This document shows, one piece after another, positions 55,349-59,973 of a stretch of 59,973 bases of DNA. Below the pieces are notes generated by a model. The model saw nothing but the letters and a program-made list of their open reading frames with translations, was not told where the DNA came from and searched no databases. Positions within the stretch are counted from its first letter, which is position 1. Every line of letters begins with the position of its first letter. This stretch comes from Hormoscilla sp. SP12CHS1 (lineage in GTDB: Bacteria; Cyanobacteriota; Cyanobacteriia; Cyanobacteriales; Desertifilaceae): the NCBI GenBank assembly GCA_014324065.1, contig JACOMV010000017.1, forward strand, positions 1 to 59,973, given 5' to 3'. The position numbers and the translations under genes were made by a program.

Positions 55349-57740
55349 GTGCGATTCGTTTAGCGTAAATCGAATTGACACGGGTCAATAAGGGGAATCG
55401 CTAGCAGGGTTCCATTAGCCCTGACAACTTATAGGTGATGGTGGTGAAAGTCCACCCCTCCAGGTGCAGGAGTGACAGCACCGTCCCCACGGTAGCGATG
55501 GCATCAATCCGTGAAGCGGGAAGGAAAGGCGCAATGACTGGCAGCCTAAGCCGGTTATCGCCAAGCAAGTAACTATGATGAGCGAAAGCGAAGATTTACA
55601 AGCGTCCTTACATAAAACCAGTGGAATAAGGCTGACACACTGGCCCAAAAGGGAAAGGATACTGGTCATTGGCGGATTGTTCACCGACCAATAAGCACTG
55701 ACAACAAACCCGGCGCAGAGAATCTATCTAAGGTTACAACCAATCATCTGTAGGAACGAAGTAAACCGGTTGCTGTACTCTCAACCACCGGTCGATAGGT
55801 TGAGTAGCCACCGCAGGCGCAATATCTGCTTTCATTAGGCAGGTCACAGCCGGGAAAGATTGAGAGGAGAAGCAAACGCCCATCTGTAATAGATGGGATA
55901 GGCTGACGCCCTCACGGTTTCGTCAATTGTAAAGTTGTAAGTAGCAATGAATACGTCACGGAATGCAGCCAATAGGCGAGCGTATGACTGGAGAGCCGTC
56001 CCCTGGCGCAAGCTAGAGCGGGTAGTTTTCAAGTTGCAAAAACGAATTTACAGAGCGGCACAGGAAGGCAACAAACAGAAAGTTCGCAAGCTCCAGGGAC
56101 TACTGAATAGGTCATGGTCCGCGAAGATGATAGCGGTGCGTCAGGTAACACAACAAAACCAGGGAAGGAAGACGGCTGGTGTGGATGGTGCAACAGCACT
56201 GACCCCAATGCAACGACAAAAACTGGTAGGTCAACTCAGAGTCACTAGAGAGGCAAAGGCCAAACCTACACGGCGCGTGTGGATACCCAAACCTGGAAGG
56301 GATTCCAAACGGCCATTAGGAATACCAACGATACACGATCGCGCACTTCAAGGATTGGTCAAACAGTCGCTAGAACCGGAATGGGAGGCGTATATGGAGG
56401 CCAACTCTTACGGATTCAGACCAGGCAGAGGATGCCACGATGCAATTGCAGCGATATTCGACAGCATCAGGTATAAACCTAAATGGGTGTTAGATGCGGA
56501 TATTGCGAAGTGTTTTGACAGGATAAACCACCCAGAACTCCTGAATAATACATCACCAATCCGTAAACAAATACGAGCATGGCTAAAAGCCGGGGTGATG
56601 GACCAAGGAACATGGCATAACACAGAATCAGGAGCTCCCCAAGGTGGAGTGATATCACCATTGCTGGCCAACATAGCCTTACATGGGTTAGAAGAAGCAG
56701 TAAAGGAACTAGCCTGCACCAAAAGAGACAAGAGTAAGCTGGCAGTAGTCAGATATGCCGATGACTTTGTGGTAATGCACGATGACCGGTCAATGATCGA
56801 ACGAGCAAAGGACGTGATAACTGAGTGGTTAAAGGGGATAGGACTTGAGTTGAAAGCCGAGAAAACTAGAATATCCCACACGCTAGAAGGAGAAAACCCA
56901 GGATTCGACTTCCTGGGATTCAACATCCGACAGTACAAAGTAGGGAAACACAAGAGCGGCAAACTAACTAATGGAACCCCCCTTGGATTCAAGACATTAA
57001 TCAAGCCCAGCGACAAATCCACCAGGAACCATAAAGAGCAACTATCCCAGATAGTTAGTCGCCATAAAGCCGCACCACAAGAAGCGTTAATAGCCAAACT
57101 AAACCCGGTAATAAGGGGATGGTGTAACTACTATAAAACGGTGGTAAGTAAGGAAACTTACAACGATTTGGACGATTACCTGTGGAAATTATTATGGCAG
57201 TGGGCAAAGAGAAGGCATCCCAACAAATCGGGCGAATGGATTGCTGGGAAATACTGGACACCAACCAAGGAGGTCAAGTGGAACTTCACTGGCAAGACAA
57301 AACACGGAGAAGAAATAGAGCTTAACCGACACTCAAAGACTGAAATAATCAGGCACGTAAAAGTGAAGGGGACAGCTAGCCCGTATGACAGTAACCTAGT
57401 TTATTGGAGCAAGAGACTGCGAAAGAGCCCAGAGGCGATCGCAAGAGTAATCAACCTGCTCAAGAGACAAAATGGCAAATGTGAAATATGCGGACTGACG
57501 TTTAAGGACGGCGACAAGTGGGAAATAGACCATATTATGCCAACCATAAGAGGAGGTAAGGATTGGTACTCTAATCTACAACTTCTACATGATTATTGCC
57601 ACGACTATAAATCTGCCAGAGATGGTAGTAAAGGCCGTATCTATGACAAAGATGGCGAAACTGAGGAGCCGGATGAGGTGAAAGTCTCACGTCCGGTTTT
57701 GAAGACGAGTCGGTTCGGTGACGGACTGGCTTAGTTTAAT
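55349..57740 (+). mobile_element. Group II intron (RT/maturase/HNH type); 3-prime boundary approximate
   Basis: 5-prime GTGCG at 55349-55353. Domain V GAGCCGGATGAGGTGAAAGTCTCACGTCCGGTTT at 57666-57699 (AGC triad, GAAA loop, AC bulge). A domain VI-like hairpin follows. The intron-encoded protein lies in domain IV. Confidence 0.85.
55947..57734 (+). CDS. Group II intron reverse transcriptase/maturase with a C-terminal HNH endonuclease domain
   Basis: RT motifs (RVWIPKPG, RPLGIPT, YADD in VVRYADDFVVM), X/thumb domain (RGWCNYY), and HNH (CEICG...EIDHIMP...NLQLLHDYCH). Confidence 0.92.
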   Translation: MNTSRNAANRRAYDWRAVPWRKLERVVFKLQKRIYRAAQEGNKQKVRKLQGLLNRSWSAKMIAVRQVTQQNQGRKTAGVDGATALTPMQRQKLVGQLRVTREAKAKPTRRVWIPKPGRDSKRPLGIPTIHDRALQGLVKQSLEPEWEAYMEANSYGFRPGRGCHDAIAAIFDSIRYKPKWVLDADIAKCFDRINHPELLNNTSPIRKQIRAWLKAGVMDQGTWHNTESGAPQGGVISPLLANIALHGLEEAVKELACTKRDKSKLAVVRYADDFVVMHDDRSMIERAKDVITEWLKGIGLELKAEKTRISHTLEGENPGFDFLGFNIRQYKVGKHKSGKLTNGTPLGFKTLIKPSDKSTRNHKEQLSQIVSRHKAAPQEALIAKLNPVIRGWCNYYKTVVSKETYNDLDDYLWKLLWQWAKRRHPNKSGEWIAGKYWTPTKEVKWNFTGKTKHGEEIELNRHSKTEIIRHVKVKGTASPYDSNLVYWSKRLRKSPEAIARVINLLKRQNGKCEICGLTFKDGDKWEIDHIMPTIRGGKDWYSNLQLLHDYCHDYKSARDGSKGRIYDKDGETEEPDEVKVSRPVLKTSRFGDGLA

Positions 57741-57747
57741 CGATACG

Positions 57748-57942
57748 ATGATGCCCAGCATTCGTCAAATTCAAAATCTGATTCAAGAAAAAAATGAGGT
57801 CGAGCTGAAACTGGTCACCGACGATCTGCTAGTCGGGAAAATTCGCTGGCAGGATCCAGATTGTCTCTGCTTGATAGATCATTACGATCAGCCCACCATT
57901 GTTTGGCGTCAGGCAGTTGTCTACCTCAAACCCAAAACTTAA
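57748..57942 (+). CDS. hfq: Cyanobacterial-type Hfq
   Basis: MMPSIRQIQNLIQEKNEVELKLVTDDLLVGKIRWQDPDCLCLIDHYDQPTIVWRQAVVYLKP parallels Synechocystis Ssr3341 (LPSVRQVQLLIK...IKLLTGDSLFGTIRWQD). The longer track ORF start lies inside the intron. Confidence 0.8.
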   Translation: MMPSIRQIQNLIQEKNEVELKLVTDDLLVGKIRWQDPDCLCLIDHYDQPTIVWRQAVVYLKPKT

Positions 57943-58062
57943 CCGCCTCTTACCACCAGTCCTTCTGCTAACACTGGCAGCATGGGCAGGTAAGGTAGAG
58001 TGGGAACTAGCAGATTCCAAAGTCTAGTCTAACTGCCAGTAGCAACAGAAGCAAAATCGAAA

Positions 58063-58986
58063 ATGACAACTGTCTTTTCAACTAAGCCATTTATGTCGCC
58101 CACTGATGCTAGCTGCCGCCGCCAGGCATTGGCAAAAGTTCAGTCTTTGGCCCTGGGTCTTTTGGCTTGGGCCGCCTTTAGCGCTCCGGTGCAAGCTTTG
58201 CAGGTGCGGGTGAGACCAAATAATCCCCGCATCGGGGATACCTTGTCGGTGGTGGTGGAGTTAGATAATCTGGCAGTTGGGGACAGTCCCACTGTGAGAA
58301 TGGGACAGAAAACCTACCCAACCTTTATGGTAGGACCAAATCGCTTTCGGGCTTTGCTGCCTTCAACCCCCTTAGACAGACCCGGACGTTTGGTTTTTCA
58401 GGTGTTTGGAGAAGGGGAGGTGCGTAACATAGCCGTTTGGATGAGCGATCGCACTTTCCCCATCCAAAGCATATGGCTTCCTCCAGACAAAGAATCTCTG
58501 GAAGGCACCGATTATGAATTCGATCGGGTAGCGGCATTCAAGGAACTGGTCACCTCGCAAAAATTCTGGGACGGTCCCTTTCTCCGACCTCATCGGGGCC
58601 CAGTGACAACGGTTTTCGGAGTCCGCCGGTACTACAACGGAGAATTTGCCTTCAACTATTACCATCGCGGTGTAGATTACGCCGGGGAGACTGGCTCGCC
58701 AGTATTGGCACCAGCAGCTGGAAGAGTGGCATTGGTGGGACTAGAATCAAATGGATTTGAGCTCCACGGCAATACGGTGGGCATCGATCACGGTCAAGGA
58801 GTATTGAGTATATTTATACACCTTTCGAGAGTTGACGTGAAAGAGGGAGATATGGTACAAGCAGGTCAAGTAATCGGGGGTGTGGGTGCAACAGGAGCGT
58901 CAACAGGCCCTCATCTGCACTGGGGTCTGTATGTCCACGGAAAGTCAGTGGATCCAGTACCTTGGCGATATCAAGGCTTGGAATAG
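58063..58986 (+). CDS. M23 (LytM) family metallopeptidase
   Basis: Signal peptide, HRGVDYAGETGSPVLAPAAGRV, and GPHLHWGLYVHG. Confidence 0.88.
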   Translation: MTTVFSTKPFMSPTDASCRRQALAKVQSLALGLLAWAAFSAPVQALQVRVRPNNPRIGDTLSVVVELDNLAVGDSPTVRMGQKTYPTFMVGPNRFRALLPSTPLDRPGRLVFQVFGEGEVRNIAVWMSDRTFPIQSIWLPPDKESLEGTDYEFDRVAAFKELVTSQKFWDGPFLRPHRGPVTTVFGVRRYYNGEFAFNYYHRGVDYAGETGSPVLAPAAGRVALVGLESNGFELHGNTVGIDHGQGVLSIFIHLSRVDVKEGDMVQAGQVIGGVGATGASTGPHLHWGLYVHGKSVDPVPWRYQGLE

Positions 58987-59237
58987 GGATTGATATGTAA
59001 CTCAAGTTGCGACCTATAAAAATTTCTACGTCCCCGACAGCCATTTTTGGTAAATTTCTCCGCAAAAATGCCATTTCTCCGCAAAAATGCCATTTTGGAG
59101 TAAATCACAAGGCAATTTTGGCCAATTTGGGCTAATTTGGGTTTTGAGGTTTTATAGGTAGCAACTTAGGTTATGTAGTTGATGAAAGCGCTGACGCTCG
59201 ATAATAAAATGAGGTCACCAAGAGTAAAACAGGGGTA

Positions 59238-59774
59238 ATGAGTATCGAAAAAATTGTCGAACAGGCAGTACAGGACGGATATCTGACGCCAGCAATGGAA
59301 GCAGAGGTGGGACGGATTTGTGACACGGCCTCTGAACTGTCGATCGAAGAGTATATGGCGTTGGACAGGTTAATGGGGGCACTTCTGACTGGTGAAGTGG
59401 TGGCAGTCACACGCAAACAGTTCATTAACGTCATGGAAGAATTGGTGCTGACAGAAGCAATATCACGAGTAGCGGAAATTGAGGCGACCAGCGACTGCAT
59501 CCTGGACCTGGGAGATATTGCTGCCTATGCTCTCAACCGGCTGCCTCCCCTATATGCTACAACTGAAGAAGGTGCTAGCTACCAGCGCCAGCGTGCCAAG
59601 TCCGAACTCATCAGTTTGATTTCCCAGCAAGTAGGTGAGGCGATCGCCCGTTACCTGGATAGACCGGAATTCTTTCCCGAACGGCAAATATTCGGTAAAA
59701 GTTCGAGCGATGAAGTGCTCTCACAAGTTAACTCCTTGCTCAAAAGCAACGCCAAGAAGTATGAGCAAAAATAA
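59238..59774 (+). CDS. ComFB-domain protein
   Basis: NVMEELVLTEA...DIAAYALNRLPPLYATTEEG pattern as recalled for the ComFB family. Confidence 0.5.
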   Translation: MSIEKIVEQAVQDGYLTPAMEAEVGRICDTASELSIEEYMALDRLMGALLTGEVVAVTRKQFINVMEELVLTEAISRVAEIEATSDCILDLGDIAAYALNRLPPLYATTEEGASYQRQRAKSELISLISQQVGEAIARYLDRPEFFPERQIFGKSSSDEVLSQVNSLLKSNAKKYEQK

Positions 59775-59973
59775 ATCGGTTGACTCTCCGATTTGGCCAA
59801 GGTATGGCCACTAGCCCACATTGGCTTGGGGATGTAGGGTAAGAGGCTGTAACCAAATCATTGGACACCTCGGGACATTATTACCGGATTGGGTAATAAT
59901 CGTGGTGCTCCAACAAAAACAAGAAGCTTATTGATAGCATGGCCAAAGCTGTGGAGGATGTATGCTATACGGT

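Noticed and set aside
55947-57734. Reverse transcriptase considered as a retron or diversity-generating retroelement
   Set aside because: It has the maturase X and HNH domains and is embedded between a GTGCG 5-prime end and a canonical domain V. That is group II intron architecture. No template/variable repeat pair or msr/msd-like structure was seen.
59016-59093. 19-bp tandem duplicate (CATTTCTCCGCAAAAATGC twice) and nearby sequence considered as a CRISPR remnant or regulatory array
   Set aside because: Only two adjacent copies, with no spacers and no partner repeats elsewhere in the window. Not enough to call anything.

Overview
Cyanobacterial chromosomal window. Evidence: the HIP1 palindrome GCGATCGC is very frequent, and kaiABC, acsF, a ycf20-like gene, plant-type glycerate kinase and a cyanobacterial-type hfq next to dapF are present. 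A filamentous Oscillatoriales-like origin is only a guess. All family calls come from motifs and remembered sequences; no searches were run.

Core genes: uvrC, trmB, acsF, an M48 peptidase, typA, kaiA/B/C, glycerate kinase, a GT39 glycosyltransferase, thiS/thiE, dapF, hfq and an M23 peptidase.

Accessory islets between them:
- 13.4-18.4 kb: a MITE with a target-site duplication, an XRE regulator, small overlapping ORFs, a HindIII-like R-M pair and a HigBA-like TA pair.
- 21.5-26.1 kb: tandem VapB-like genes with a broken vapC, a decayed P-loop NTPase and STAND-like gene, and Uma2 nuclease copies.
- 28.9-34.4 kb: a MazEF-like remnant, repeat arrays, a CHAT fragment and a DUF433/DUF5615 pair.
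- 45.2-50.0 kb: tRNA-Arg, an intact Uma2 gene, an unknown two-gene cassette and vapBC.
- 53.1-57.7 kb: a NucS-like nuclease and a group II intron just upstream of hfq.

Two themes dominate:
- At least seven families of short dispersed repeats, some inserted in frame into housekeeping genes.
- Many disrupted genes, mostly nuclease or toxin genes whose protective partners remain intact.

I could not demonstrate an intact, clearly novel multi-gene system. The best candidates are:
- the 48.2-49.3 kb two-gene cassette with its 42-bp start-codon repeat array;
- the modular array-plus-two-hairpin repeat family;
- the stand-alone nuclease at 53.1-54.3 kb.
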